Positions 19,826 to 30,078 are shown, counted from the stretch's first letter. The stretch: DNA of 32,000 bases from Caedibacter taeniospiralis (GCF_002803295.2 NZ_PGGB02000003.1:94053-126052); one strand, 5' to 3'. Numbers and translations: made by a program. Notes: a model not told the origin generated them from the letters alone.

Positions 19826-20569
19826 ATGAAACACACAGGACTTTTTGAACGAACCGCTATCCTTGTCAATGATCGTGGTATTGATCAGTTAAAAAACGCA
19901 CATATTCTCTTGGCTGGCATCGGGGGTGTTGGTTCTTTTGCCGCAGAAAGCTTAGCGCGCGCGGGTATTGGTAAAATAACGCTTATTGATCATGACGTGG
20001 TTTCAGCATCAAATCTGAATCGCCAATTAGTTGCGCTTAATTCAAATATTGGCATCAAAAAGGCGGTCATTATGCGTGAGCGTATTCTGGATATTAACCC
20101 TGATTGCAAGATTAATATTATTGACGATTTTGTCCGCAAAGAGGATATGGAACGGATTTTTGATAAGCCATATGACTTTGTGATTGATGCCATTGACAGC
20201 CTGGCTTGCAAGGTCGCCCTTATTGCTTATGCACATGGTAAAGGTTATAAGGTCATTTCAAGCATGGGCGCAGGGGGAAAGCTTGATCCAACACAAATTA
20301 AAGTCGCTGATATTTATCAAACCAGCATTTGTAAGCTTGCCAAGTTTATACGCGTCCGTTTACGCAGACTCAAGATCAAAAAAGGTATCCTTGCCGTTTA
20401 TTCAACAGAGAGCTCACTGCCTCCTTTGCCACCTGAACCTGTGGCAGGAAGTGGGCGTGACAGGGCAGTAAATGGAACGATAAGCTATATGCCTGCTTTA
20501 TTTGGTTTAACCATAGCGGGCATGGTGATTAAACAAATCATTGCGGAAAATTTAAATATTAATAACTAA
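19826..20569 (+). CDS. tcdA: ThiF/E1-like tRNA threonylcarbamoyladenosine dehydratase (TcdA/CsdL)
   Basis: GIGGVGSFAAESLARAGIGKITLIDHDVVSASNLNRQLVALNSNIG; C-terminal NGTISYMPALFGLTIAGMVI. Confidence 0.88.
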   Translation: MKHTGLFERTAILVNDRGIDQLKNAHILLAGIGGVGSFAAESLARAGIGKITLIDHDVVSASNLNRQLVALNSNIGIKKAVIMRERILDINPDCKINIIDDFVRKEDMERIFDKPYDFVIDAIDSLACKVALIAYAHGKGYKVISSMGAGGKLDPTQIKVADIYQTSICKLAKFIRVRLRRLKIKKGILAVYSTESSLPPLPPEPVAGSGRDRAVNGTISYMPALFGLTIAGMVIKQIIAENLNINN

Positions 20570-20606
20570 TCTAACTGAAGTTACGCGCTTTTGCTGGCTT
20601 TAAAGA

Positions 20607-20779
20607 CTACCCCGTCAGCCTCACGCGCAGAGCTTGTGGCGTTCAAAGCTAAAGAAGCAAAACTGTTTGCTTCTTTCGGGCGCTTTTCACCCCCTTCGCG
20701 AACGAAGGGGAATTAACAAAAAGCTGCCAAACATTCCCCTTCACAAGTGAAGGGGTGCCAAGCCTGCGAGGCGGGGTAG
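20607..20779. repeat. Second copy of palindromic MITE/REP-like element: TIR ctaccccg...cggggtag with outer partial IR (cttttgctg / cagcaaaag)
   Basis: Shares ctaccccgtcagcct, cgaaggggaatta, attccccttcac..gtgaaggggtgcc and gcgaggcggggtag with 6791-6928. Confidence 0.82.
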
Positions 20780-20807
20780 TTCAGCAAAAGTGCATCTAAC
20801 AGCAGCG

Positions 20808-21569
20808 CTACTTCACACGACCTGGTTTACCCCTAAACAGGCGCGTAACCGCTCCAGATAAAGCGTAAGTCATAAAAACTACAAACAGCGTAATGGAAGG
20901 ATCGATAAAAATAATCGCTATGATAAAAACCACCAAAACGGTTTGGGTAAAAACCATTTTTCCTTTTAAATCATAGTCCTTAAAACTTCTAAACTTAATG
21001 TTGCTCACCATCATGGCGGACAGATACAGCGTAATGACAGTCGCAAAAAAAGTGACCCACCCCTCTGCCGAAGAATGTCCAAGCGTGTTACAAAACCATA
21101 CAAATCCAGCAATCGCCGCCGCAGCAGCAGGGCAGGGAATCCCCGTGAAGTATCGTTTACTCTCAGGGGTATTGTCATCAAGCTGTGTGTTAAAGCGCGC
21201 TAAACGTAACCCGACGCAAGCCAGATAAATAAATGCTACAGCCCAACCAAATTGTGCTAAGTGCTTTACTGCCCAAAAGTAGATAATCAAGGCAGGCGCT
21301 ACACCAAAAGAAACCATGTCGGCTAATGAATCATATTCCGCGCCAAAAGCACTCTGTGTGTTTGTCAAGCGTGCCACACGCCCATCTAAAGAATCCATGA
21401 TAGCCGCAATATAAATACACACTGATGCTAAAACAAAATGGCTATTAAATGCCGCGATGATCGAATAAAATCCTGCAAATAAACTCGCTGAAGTAAATAA
21501 ATTGGGCAATATATAAATGCCTCTGCTGCGTTGAGTTGCAGGGTTCTCTGGTGCTTGCTCATTTTTCAT
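20808..21569 (-). CDS. pssA: CDP-diacylglycerol--serine O-phosphatidyltransferase
   Basis: DSLDGRVARLTNTQSAFGAEYDSLADMVSFGVAPA (CDP-alcohol phosphatidyltransferase motif), RGIYILPNLFTSASLFAGFYSI. Confidence 0.94.
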   Translation of the reverse strand: MKNEQAPENPATQRSRGIYILPNLFTSASLFAGFYSIIAAFNSHFVLASVCIYIAAIMDSLDGRVARLTNTQSAFGAEYDSLADMVSFGVAPALIIYFWAVKHLAQFGWAVAFIYLACVGLRLARFNTQLDDNTPESKRYFTGIPCPAAAAAIAGFVWFCNTLGHSSAEGWVTFFATVITLYLSAMMVSNIKFRSFKDYDLKGKMVFTQTVLVVFIIAIIFIDPSITLFVVFMTYALSGAVTRLFRGKPGRVK

Positions 21570-21579
21570 ATGACTTCCT

Positions 21580-22566
21580 TTATATCTTGGACTCTTTTGC
21601 TTCTTGATTATCTTGTGATTTCTTCAGCTTGGTCTGTTTAAGTAACTTTGGCAATGGGAAAGTGACTTCTTCCTTTACTCCCTCAAAATCAACAACTCCC
21701 GCCGCTGGAAAATTAGCTTGCAAGAAGCTTACCACTTGTTGCACTAGATATTCTGGCGCTGAAGCCCCTGCAGTAATTCCACAACTCTTCTTGCCAACAA
21801 ACCAGGTTAAATCAACATCATCTTTATTGTCAATCAGATAGGCATCCACGCCTTCTTTTTCAGCCAACTCACGTAAACGATTAGAATTTGAACTGTTTTT
21901 AGAGCCCACCACCAGCAGGATATCGACCTCCTTAGCCAGCTCTCTTATCGCATTTTGACGGTTCTGAGTCGCATAGCAAATATCTTCTCTTTTGGGTGAA
22001 CTGACTTCGGGATATTTTTCTTTTAAGGCATAAATAATATCTTTTGTTTCGTCAACCGAGAGCGTCGTTTGAGTCGCATAGATTAGTTGCTGCGGATTTT
22101 TTAGGTTCAAGGCATGTACATCAGCAACATTTTCGACTAAATAAATCTGGCTATATTTACTTCTATATTGCCCAAGAGTGCCTTCCACTTCGGGATGCCC
22201 CTTGTGCCCTATGAGCACACACTCAACACCTGTGCTACTTGCTTTTTGTACCTCTCTATGTACCTTCGTCACCAGTGGACAGGTTGCGTCATATATCTTT
22301 AGCGCCTTACGCTTTGCCTCTTCTTCAATGGCTTGCGAAACACCGTGCGCACTAAAAATACACACCGAACCATAGGGAACTTCATTTAGCTCTTTGACAA
22401 AGACCGCCCCTTTATCCTTTAAGTTCTCAACTACTGCTCGGTTATGAACGACTTCATGACGCACGTAAACAGGATGAGGCTCTATCGCTAAAACCTTTTC
22501 AACGACATCAACCGCACGCGAAACGCCCGCACAAAAGCCTCGCGGGTTAGCTAAAATGATCCTCAT
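21580..22566 (-). CDS. ispH: 4-hydroxy-3-methylbut-2-enyl diphosphate reductase
   Basis: MRIILANPRGFCAGVSRAVDVVE, FSAHGVS, DATCPLVTKVH, GSKNSSNSNRLRELAE, GITAGASAPE. Confidence 0.97.
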   Translation of the reverse strand: MRIILANPRGFCAGVSRAVDVVEKVLAIEPHPVYVRHEVVHNRAVVENLKDKGAVFVKELNEVPYGSVCIFSAHGVSQAIEEEAKRKALKIYDATCPLVTKVHREVQKASSTGVECVLIGHKGHPEVEGTLGQYRSKYSQIYLVENVADVHALNLKNPQQLIYATQTTLSVDETKDIIYALKEKYPEVSSPKREDICYATQNRQNAIRELAKEVDILLVVGSKNSSNSNRLRELAEKEGVDAYLIDNKDDVDLTWFVGKKSCGITAGASAPEYLVQQVVSFLQANFPAAGVVDFEGVKEEVTFPLPKLLKQTKLKKSQDNQEAKESKI

Positions 22567-23009
22567 CATTCAGGTTCCTTATCCAAGATCTCTAAAATAT
22601 CAACATCAAATAAAATCGCCTGTCCTGATAAAGGATGATTAAAATCGACGGTTACGTCATGTTCGTGGATTTCGGTGATAATGCCAGGAAGCTCGGTGCC
22701 ATCTTTTTGTGAAAACGCGACGATCAAGCCTTCTTCTAACGCGATATCCAACGGAAATCGCTTTTTAGGAACCTCGTAGATCATAGCAGGATGTTTGTTA
22801 CCAAAAGCCTCTTCTGGCATGAGCATCATTTTGCGATTAATCCCTGCTTCAAGACCCAGTAAGTCGGACTCAAGTTTCTCAGCAAAAGCTCCCTTGCCCA
22901 TTTGGAAAATATAGGGTTGATTGTAATTTCTTGTATCTTCTGCAATTGAACCATCTTTAAGGCGAATTTTAAAATGCATTTTTACAAAGCTGTCTCTTTG
23001 TATTTTCAT
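22566..23009 (-). CDS. fkpB: FKBP-type peptidyl-prolyl cis-trans isomerase, SlpA/FkpB-like
   Basis: LKDGSIAEDTRNYNQPYIFQMGKGAFAEKLESDLLGLEAG, EEAFGNKHPAMIYEVPKKRFP, VDFNHPLSGQAILFDVDILEI; conserved adjacency with ispH. Confidence 0.9.
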   Translation of the reverse strand: MKIQRDSFVKMHFKIRLKDGSIAEDTRNYNQPYIFQMGKGAFAEKLESDLLGLEAGINRKMMLMPEEAFGNKHPAMIYEVPKKRFPLDIALEEGLIVAFSQKDGTELPGIITEIHEHDVTVDFNHPLSGQAILFDVDILEILDKEPE

Positions 23010-23106
23010 GGAATACCTTCATTGTGCTTTCTTTTGCTTTTCTCCAGTAACTAAGCTAGAGTTCCAACAGATTGGTAACGCGCACATTCTACGAGATTTA
23101 TAAAAA

Positions 23107-23898
23107 ATGCACAAATATTCGTTTGCAAAGATGCCAGCAACTTTAGTCAATAAGCTCATAGCAGCTTCTTTAAGTTTTTGTTTGACGCTGACGTTTCTTC
23201 CTCTCTCTAGTCACTCAGAGAGTTTACAACAACGGTATCATGTTTTTTTGAGTAACTATTATTTATCGGATACACCGTTATCTAGCGCAGGGAAAATTAT
23301 CGCCTCAACAAAGGGAAAAACGCTGATTTCAGTGGGTGACACTATTTATGTCTCACCGGCAAAAAAAAGTCCAATGTATTATGCTGTTGCCTATGTTCAA
23401 AGCATCCCTTATGGCAAGGGAAAAAAAGCAAACTATGATTATCTGTTAAAACGACTTGGAACAGCAAAATTAAGTGCTGATCGCCAAGATATATTAATTA
23501 TGCAGATGGCTGATGTTGTTCAGGAAATTAGCTTGGGTGATCACATGCTGCCAGCGGATCTGATCAATTCCAAACTCCCCGATCAAGAGCTTATTGCAGA
23601 TCAGAATATTTCAGGTATTGTCATGCAATTAGAGGATGCGACTAGTTTTGCAGGGACTTATCAATCTGTTTTACTCAACATGGGATACGCTTCTGGGTTA
23701 AAATTGGGCATGCGTGTCTATTTTGAATCGACACCACAAAAAATTGACGATTACAACCTTTCAGGAGGCTATTTAGGTCAGGGATTTATTTATCGTCTGG
23801 CAAGTCATCATGCCATAGCATTAGTGACACACGCCAAACAGGAAATTTTGGTTGGCAGTATTGCTCTTACACAGCTGCCAAAGCGCCATGTTAAATAG
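23107..23898 (+). CDS. Exported hypothetical protein, probably of the conserved LysM-associated family encoded upstream of dprA
   Basis: N-terminal signal-like segment; VGDTIYVSPAKKSP, YRLASHHAIALVTHAKQEILVGSIALTQLPK; start of dprA overlaps its 3' end. Confidence 0.6.
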   Translation: MHKYSFAKMPATLVNKLIAASLSFCLTLTFLPLSSHSESLQQRYHVFLSNYYLSDTPLSSAGKIIASTKGKTLISVGDTIYVSPAKKSPMYYAVAYVQSIPYGKGKKANYDYLLKRLGTAKLSADRQDILIMQMADVVQEISLGDHMLPADLINSKLPDQELIADQNISGIVMQLEDATSFAGTYQSVLLNMGYASGLKLGMRVYFESTPQKIDDYNLSGGYLGQGFIYRLASHHAIALVTHAKQEILVGSIALTQLPKRHVK

Positions 23899-24976
23899 TA
23901 CTGATTTTGCAATATTGCACACCTTACCACATTTCACATTTGGACACTATCAAAAACTCATTGCTGCCAAGATAACGATTTCGGAGCTGCTTAAAAAACC
24001 TTGGCTTTACCAGAAGTTTTTGGGTTTAAATGCGCAGACCATCGATTTCATTCGGGATGAAAAATACACAGACTATCTTAGTAAAGTGGATTCCTGGCTA
24101 AAGCAATCATCAAATCATCACCTTATCCACCATATAGACACAGGTTTTCCATCTCAACTTAAACAGATTTCTGATCCACCGCTTAGCCTGTATGCCATTG
24201 GTGATATCGCGTTACTTGGCACGTTGCAGCTTGCCGTTGTGGGCACGCGTCACGCAAGCTTTTACGGTGCTGAAATAATCCATCATCTTATCCCAGAGCT
24301 TACTGAATCTAATCTCACCATTACCAGTGGCATGGCCTTGGGGATCGATGCCCTTGCACATGAAGAAGCCTTGAAAAACAATGGTAAAACCATCGCCATC
24401 TTGGGAACAGGGGTTAATATTTGTTATCCTCCACAAAATCGCAGACTCTACGCTGAGATACATTCCAAGGGTTTAGTTATTTCCGAGTTTTTACTCAATC
24501 AAGTCCCTAAGCGCTACCACTTCCCTAGGAGAAATCGAATTATCAGCGGTTTAAGTTTGGGTGTAGTTGTCGTTGAGGCTGCCGATAGAAGTGGCTCATT
24601 GATTACTGCCATGCACGCACTAGAACAAAATCGGGAAGTTTTTGCTGTGCCAGGGAATATTTTTCATAACGAAAGTCACGGATGTAATAAGCTCATCCAG
24701 ATGGGGGCTAAGCTCATTAGTTCTGCAGATGACATTATCAGTGAGCTTAACCTAAAGCAAACATTAAACAATTCAAAACTTAAACCATTTCAGCAATCAC
24801 TGCTACTTACGCAGGAACAACAGCTCGTATTTGAGAGTATCAGCTCAACCTGTACTACTATTGATAAAATCATCGACAATACCAACTTAACATACGCGAA
24901 AATTACTGGCATACTGTTTGAGCTTGAGATGGAAGCGCTTATTTGTGCGGTTCCAGGCGGATATAGACGAGTCTAA
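23888..24976 (+). CDS. dprA: DNA processing protein DprA/Smf
   Basis: VVGTRHASFYG, LTITSGMALGIDALAHEEALKNNGKTIAILGTGVNICYPPQNRRLYAEI, RFPRRNRIISGLSLGVVVVEAADRSGSLITA, PGNIFHNESHGCNKLIQMGAKL. Confidence 0.96.
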   Translation: MLNSTDFAILHTLPHFTFGHYQKLIAAKITISELLKKPWLYQKFLGLNAQTIDFIRDEKYTDYLSKVDSWLKQSSNHHLIHHIDTGFPSQLKQISDPPLSLYAIGDIALLGTLQLAVVGTRHASFYGAEIIHHLIPELTESNLTITSGMALGIDALAHEEALKNNGKTIAILGTGVNICYPPQNRRLYAEIHSKGLVISEFLLNQVPKRYHFPRRNRIISGLSLGVVVVEAADRSGSLITAMHALEQNREVFAVPGNIFHNESHGCNKLIQMGAKLISSADDIISELNLKQTLNNSKLKPFQQSLLLTQEQQLVFESISSTCTTIDKIIDNTNLTYAKITGILFELEMEALICAVPGGYRRV

Positions 24977-24984
24977 AAGGTACC

Positions 24985-25467
24985 ATGAACGATCAACCCC
25001 AAATATTACAAATTTTGATGTCATTATTTAATGACTTACCGCATTTAGAAGAGGAAATCATTAGAGTCACTAATTCACAAGAACTCTTAAGTGAATTACA
25101 AAACAGCGGTCTAAAAGGTCAATCGCTTGAGCGGGCATTTGTATGGCTTGAGCAATTTACTAAACTGAATGAAAGGACCAAAATCAGTTATCAGCCCGGC
25201 ACAGCGCGTGTATTTACCAATGCGGAAAAAGCCGTTATCCCTTCGGAGTGCCTGAGCTTTTTGCTGGAGGCTCATCATATAGGAGAGATTCAATCTCATG
25301 AGCTGGAGTTTATTATCGAACAAATCATGACACTAAGCACACATGCCATCACTGAAGAACAGTTTCTATGGGTTTTTGACATGACCGTGACCAATCAAAT
25401 GGATGACTCAATGGATGTTGTCATCGGCATTCACGAATTACCAGGCACCTCTTTATATATTCACTAA
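24985..25467 (+). CDS. smg: Smg family protein (DUF494)
   Basis: 160 aa acidic protein immediately downstream of dprA; C-terminal AITEEQFLWVFDMTVTNQ. Confidence 0.85.
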   Translation: MNDQPQILQILMSLFNDLPHLEEEIIRVTNSQELLSELQNSGLKGQSLERAFVWLEQFTKLNERTKISYQPGTARVFTNAEKAVIPSECLSFLLEAHHIGEIQSHELEFIIEQIMTLSTHAITEEQFLWVFDMTVTNQMDDSMDVVIGIHELPGTSLYIH

Positions 25468-25486
25468 TCGTCTTACGTTGCCAGTA

Positions 25487-25552
25487 AGGAATCTCAAGTT
25501 TAATAAGATGCCCATTTGTTTCGACGGGTAGTAGGGTGGATAAGCCAAAGGC
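25487..25552. repeat. Partial copy of the gggtggataagcc element (left arm only)
   Basis: aggaatctcaagtttaataagatgcccatttgtttcgacgggtagtagggtggataagccaaaggc versus aggga-tctcaaatttaataagatacccatttattttgacggtagtagggtggataagccgaaggc at ~15405-15470. Confidence 0.75.
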
Positions 25553-25740
25553 GATATTTTTAATCGTAGCTTTTGGCAGGTTTGCAGCAACTTACATTTG
25601 CATTCAAACCACCTCATAAATCCATCTCAATTGCTGTAAATGACTGACTTGTCAGCAATTGCGGAAAGAAGATTTTTTTTTGGAAAAAAGCTATTGACTC
25701 TAAAATGCTTCATCTATAGAATTGCCTTTCGTTAAGGCAT

Positions 25741-25816
<76 letters not shown>

Positions 25817-25882
25817 TCTAAAAGCCATATCTGGCAACGTATACGAGAATTTAAACAAAATCTGTAACTACCCAGAAGGTTG

Positions 25883-26311
25883 TTAATTGAACTGAGGTGT
25901 TTTGCCGTTAAATACATCCGCAATGGCATCAATAATCTTCCAGCCTTGTTTACGAGCAGTCGATAGTAAAGTACGAATACGCACAAATTTCTGGGCCCCA
26001 GCCTCACTACGAAAGCAACCCGAAACTTTTTGCTTTACCTTCATCATACGCAAGTCATTCTCCGCTTGACTATTGGTAAATGGCACCTTAGCATCATAAA
26101 TAAATCTCAATACCTCAGCTTTATAATCACCTAAGCGCAATAACAAGTTATGCCCTGTTCTTCGTTTCTTTCTGCCTCTTTTACCAGCATTTTCTAAAGG
26201 CATCAAAATCTCGTGATATGTAAGACCGTCCTTGACAATTCGATCATAAATTTTACCGATCAGGATTTGCTTATCAGGTAAGAGCACTGATTGCTCAGAT
26301 ATATTCACCAT
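25883..26311 (-). pseudogene. IS66 transposase C-terminal fragment
   Basis: FTNSQAENDLRMMKVKQKVSGCFRSEAGAQKFVRIRTLLSTARKQGWKIIDAIADVF is characteristic of the IS66 transposase C-terminal region. Confidence 0.9.
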
Positions 26312-26340
26312 TAGTAATTGTTGACTTAAGCTCGCCTTTT

Positions 26341-26511
26341 TCGCTTACGCTTTTGCTTTTATTTAGGACGTAACAAACCATCGCTTGAAGGCGGTTTTGA
26401 ACTGTTGCGACTATTCTTAGAAAGCCGCTTCTTAAGTTGCTCAATCTCCTCTTTTAGTCGAGCATTTTCACGCTCAAGCGCGTCGATTCTGGTTAATAGC
26501 TCTTGAATCAT
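26341..26511 (-). pseudogene. IS66 transposase N-terminal coiled-coil fragment
   Basis: Minus strand reads MIQELLTRIDALERENARLKEEIEQLKKRLSKNSRNSSKPPSSDGLLRPK* - the leucine-zipper plus SSKPPSSDG signature of IS66 TnpC. Confidence 0.85.
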
Positions 26512-26650
26512 TTTTTTCTAGGGTCGTGTCCATTGGTAAGATTACGCCATACTTATTTGCAAATGAAAATACCTAATCTGGAAAAATGCCAAAATTCATC
26601 ATCTATCAAAGTTTAACCTGCTGGGTAGTTACAATAAGTCTTTAAAAAAA

Positions 26651-27325
26651 GTGTCACACCGTATAAACTCTAAAGCATTTGATTTTTCCAGTAACGATAT
26701 ATTTATGCAGGACGTATTTAAAATATATTTCGCCCATCGTACAGTCCAAGTACTGTGGTTTGTCTTCTTTGCCTTTTTAGCCTTGACCCTTGATCTAGGT
26801 GTTTTCAGAACGCACTGGTGGTGGTTGTTTTTACCCATTATTATTGCGCCTTTTTATGAATGGTATGCCCATAAATACTTGCTGCATGCGCAATTAAGTA
26901 AAAAACCAGGTAAATTTCGTGACTTCCAGATTCGCTTGCATCACGGACATCACCGACATCCACAAAATATTGACCTGCTCTTTGCACCATGGTTAGCTAT
27001 TATCCTACACCTAACGCAGACTTACGCGTTGTTTGCGTTAATCACATGGAGTTTTGATGTTGCCCTTATCCCATTTACCTTTGGCATTTTATATTATCTT
27101 TTTTACGAGTGGATGCATTTAGCACATCACACCCCTGCCTACCAACCTAAAACAATAATAGGACAAAAGCTGAAACGCGCGCACATGCGTCACCACTTTC
27201 ATAATGAAAACTATTGCTGGGGCATCACTAATTATTTGGGTGATTTATGCCTTGGAACGTTTAAAGAACGTAATGATGTCGCTAAAAGTACGACAGCTAC
27301 GCATATTTCAGGGTATAGCGAATAA
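26651..27325 (+). CDS. Membrane fatty acid hydroxylase / sterol desaturase-like protein
   Basis: Histidine clusters HKYLLH, HHGHHRHP, HLAHH, HMRHHFH within a multi-TM protein. Confidence 0.82.
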   Translation: MSHRINSKAFDFSSNDIFMQDVFKIYFAHRTVQVLWFVFFAFLALTLDLGVFRTHWWWLFLPIIIAPFYEWYAHKYLLHAQLSKKPGKFRDFQIRLHHGHHRHPQNIDLLFAPWLAIILHLTQTYALFALITWSFDVALIPFTFGILYYLFYEWMHLAHHTPAYQPKTIIGQKLKRAHMRHHFHNENYCWGITNYLGDLCLGTFKERNDVAKSTTATHISGYSE

Positions 27326-27450
27326 CCCAATTTTATCCCGATATAGCTAACCGTAATCCTCTGGTTACTAAAAAACTTTAATGAAGGTTTGCCTTATCTT
27401 AGGCAATTCTAGATAATGGCGAAATATTTATTCCTAAACGCCTGTGTAGC

Positions 27451-28788
27451 ATGTCCATCTTAGACAAAAAAGCCTATTTACAAGAAGTACTTGAATTTAC
27501 CTCAGCACAATTACACAAGAAAAACCTTGATGCTTTCGAGATCAGTTGCAGCTATGATCAAGGTCATGCCATCTCCGCTCGCGATCAGCTGACTGAAACA
27601 CTTGAATTTAACGTCACCCAGCAAATGAGTGTGACGGTATATCATCACGGAAAAACAGGCTATGCAGAGACTTCCGATCTAAGTGAAAAAAGCATCTTAG
27701 CTATTATTGACAATGCCAAAACCATTGCAACTTATACCGAAAATGATCCTTTTTGTGGAATTGTTGATAAAAAATTTCTGTGCACACCACAAGAGATGCC
27801 ATCGCTCTATAAACCAATAGCTGACTTTAGCATTAATCACCTTATTGAGCATGCCAAAAATTGCGAGCACATTGCGCTAAAACACAAAGGCATTGATCAT
27901 TCAGAGGGTGTTGATATCGATAGCTTTGAAATCCTGCATGGCTTTGCCAACAGTCATGGCTTTTTGCATGTTTATCCTGAAACACGACACAGTTTAGGTA
28001 TAGGACTCATTGCCAAAGATCAGCATGGCATGCAGCGAGATAGTGCTTATTTTAGTGCTCATGATTTTGCTGCTCTACCCAACATTCATGAAATTGCACA
28101 GCTTGCAATCAAACGCACGTTGGATAGAAGAAATCCGCGACGCATCAAAAGTCAAAAGCTGCCTATTCTGCTTAGCCCCTCTATCTCGCGTTCATTTTGG
28201 GGAGCGCTTATGTCAGCCATTAAAGGACAACGCCAATATCATAAAGACACTTTTCTACTCAATAAAGTGGGTCACCAAATCCTACCCACCAGTATTAGTT
28301 TGATTGAAAACCCTTATATTCCGAATGCACTCGGCAACCAGCTATTTGATGATGAAGGCGTCAATTTTGGCGAAAATCCCATCGTAATTGAAGGTGTTTT
28401 AAAACGCTATTTGTTGAGCAGTTATAGTGCACGCCAATTAAATCTTGAAACGACAGGCAACTCTGGCGGCATTAGTAATTTACTTGTGCAAAGTAAGACG
28501 GGGTTAATTGAGCACGATCAGCTTATTAAACAACTAGATAAAGGGATTCTTGTGCATGAAACGATGGGTCAGGGATTTAACCTGACCACAGGGAATTACT
28601 CACAAGGCGCTATGGGCTACTATGTTGAAAAGGGTGAAATACAATATCCCATTGACAATTTCACCATTGCTGGAAATTTAAACGCCATGTTTCAAAATAT
28701 TATTGCCATAGGAAATGATATAGAGCCATTCTCACGCATTAGAAGCGGCTCAGTTCTGATCAACCAATGCAGTATCAGTGGGGAATAA
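27451..28788 (+). CDS. pmbA: TldD/PmbA family metallopeptidase, PmbA (TldE)
   Basis: 445 aa; LLSSYSARQLNLETTGNSGGISNLLV, GILVHETMGQGFNLTTGNYSQGAMGYYVEKGEIQYPIDNFTIAGNL. Confidence 0.93.
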   Translation: MSILDKKAYLQEVLEFTSAQLHKKNLDAFEISCSYDQGHAISARDQLTETLEFNVTQQMSVTVYHHGKTGYAETSDLSEKSILAIIDNAKTIATYTENDPFCGIVDKKFLCTPQEMPSLYKPIADFSINHLIEHAKNCEHIALKHKGIDHSEGVDIDSFEILHGFANSHGFLHVYPETRHSLGIGLIAKDQHGMQRDSAYFSAHDFAALPNIHEIAQLAIKRTLDRRNPRRIKSQKLPILLSPSISRSFWGALMSAIKGQRQYHKDTFLLNKVGHQILPTSISLIENPYIPNALGNQLFDDEGVNFGENPIVIEGVLKRYLLSSYSARQLNLETTGNSGGISNLLVQSKTGLIEHDQLIKQLDKGILVHETMGQGFNLTTGNYSQGAMGYYVEKGEIQYPIDNFTIAGNLNAMFQNIIAIGNDIEPFSRIRSGSVLINQCSISGE

Positions 28789-28800
28789 AGGACAGATATT

Positions 28801-29715
28801 ATGATCCAGGCAATCATTATTTTGTTCGCGCTTATCTTAGGCTATTTTATCGATCTGAAGTTTTTATCTAATCGCTTTATGAACAGACTACTATCTACGA
28901 TGATCAGCCTGATTATTGCGGTCATGGGGTATAACTTTGGGGAACTTATTTACAAACTGCAAAATGAGCTCTTCGCCATGCTTGGCATGATTTTAAGCTT
29001 TATTGTACTTTTATTTGTCATCAATATCGCCTGTGTACACTTATATTTAAAACTCATCCCTAAACGCGCCGTTAATCCTCAGCATAAGAATGGCAAAAGC
29101 AGCAACCCATTAAAACCGATTCTGACAAGCTGCAAGTATCTTCTCTATCTTATTGCTGGCACTCTATTGGGGCTTCTTATCAACAAACCGCTTGTGCATA
29201 TTGAACTCATTATTGATGCTGTCTTGGTTGTTAGCTTATTCATTATTGGCATGCAAATGCGCCGTGAAGGGCATGTGCTAACCCAAATTCTTAAAAATAA
29301 AACGGGAATCATGTCGGCACTTATCCTTATTGGCAGCTCCCTATTTGTTGGTGCGCTACTTGGCATTATTTTTGGTATTCCTATAAGCCATTCTTTAATG
29401 CTGACAAGTGGCTTTGGCTGGTATAGTTTGGCAAGTATTTTAAATGCGCAATTAATCAATGCACACTTTGGCACCATGACTTTTTTCATTGATTTTTCTC
29501 GTGAAATTATTGCCATTATTCTTATTCCGCTGCTTGCAAAACGTTTGCCTACCGAACTTGTAAGCTATAGTGGAGCTACAGCCATGGATTTCAGCCTGCC
29601 AGTCATTAAAGATCATATTGGCATACAGGCCGTCCCTGTAGCGATTAGTAGTGGTTTTATTCTAACACTTGCCACCCCTATTCTTATTCCATTGTTTAAC
29701 CTCATTCCATTTTAA
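28801..29715 (+). CDS. LysO-family (YbjE/DUF340) lysine exporter-like membrane protein
   Basis: 304 aa; LFIIGMQMRREG, GFGWYSLASILNAQLINAHFGTMTFFIDFSREIIAIILIPLLAKR, YSGATAMDFSLPVIK motifs. Confidence 0.85.
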   Translation: MIQAIIILFALILGYFIDLKFLSNRFMNRLLSTMISLIIAVMGYNFGELIYKLQNELFAMLGMILSFIVLLFVINIACVHLYLKLIPKRAVNPQHKNGKSSNPLKPILTSCKYLLYLIAGTLLGLLINKPLVHIELIIDAVLVVSLFIIGMQMRREGHVLTQILKNKTGIMSALILIGSSLFVGALLGIIFGIPISHSLMLTSGFGWYSLASILNAQLINAHFGTMTFFIDFSREIIAIILIPLLAKRLPTELVSYSGATAMDFSLPVIKDHIGIQAVPVAISSGFILTLATPILIPLFNLIPF

Positions 29716-29718
29716 TTT

Positions 29719-30078
29719 ATGCAAGATTCATCATTAACTCAAAAATCACAGATGCTGGGGCTTGGCAATATCAAACGCCATATTTTTTTGTGCTGTGATC
29801 AAAGCATCGATAAGTGCTGTAATAAAAAAGATTCCATGATTGCCTGGGACTACATTAAAAAACGCTTATCCGAGTTAAAGCTTTCACAAACAGGAGAGAT
29901 TTATCGCACCAAAGCCAATTGCCTGCGCATCTGCATGCAAGGACCTATTGCTGTTGTCTATCCAGAAGGAATCTGGTACCACTCATGCACACCAGAGGCA
30001 CTGGAAGAAATTATTCAATCGCATTTAATTAATGGCAAAGTGGTCACAAAATACCAAATTAGTACACCAACTCCTTAG
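29719..30078 (+). CDS. Thioredoxin-like [2Fe-2S] ferredoxin family protein
   Basis: [19 protein letters not shown]...[40 protein letters not shown], with the Cys pattern of shethna-like 2Fe-2S proteins. Confidence 0.8.
   Translation: MQDSSLTQKSQMLGLGNIKRHIFLCCDQSIDKCCNKKDSMIAWDYIKKRLSELKLSQTGEIYRTKANCLRICMQGPIAVVYPEGIWYHSCTPEALEEIIQSHLINGKVVTKYQISTPTP

Larger units (their letters stand above)
25864..26632 (-). mobile_element. Degenerate IS66-family insertion element remnant (internally deleted)
   Basis: Terminal inverted repeats gtaactacccagaaggtt (25864-25881) and aacctgctgggtagttac (26615-26632), 17/18 complementary; encloses N- and C-terminal IS66 transposase fragments. Confidence 0.85.

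Noticed and set aside
23888-23898. 11-bp overlap between the upstream exported protein and dprA
   Set aside because: Normal tight gene packing; the long N-terminal extension in the ORF track (from 23852) is probably not translated.
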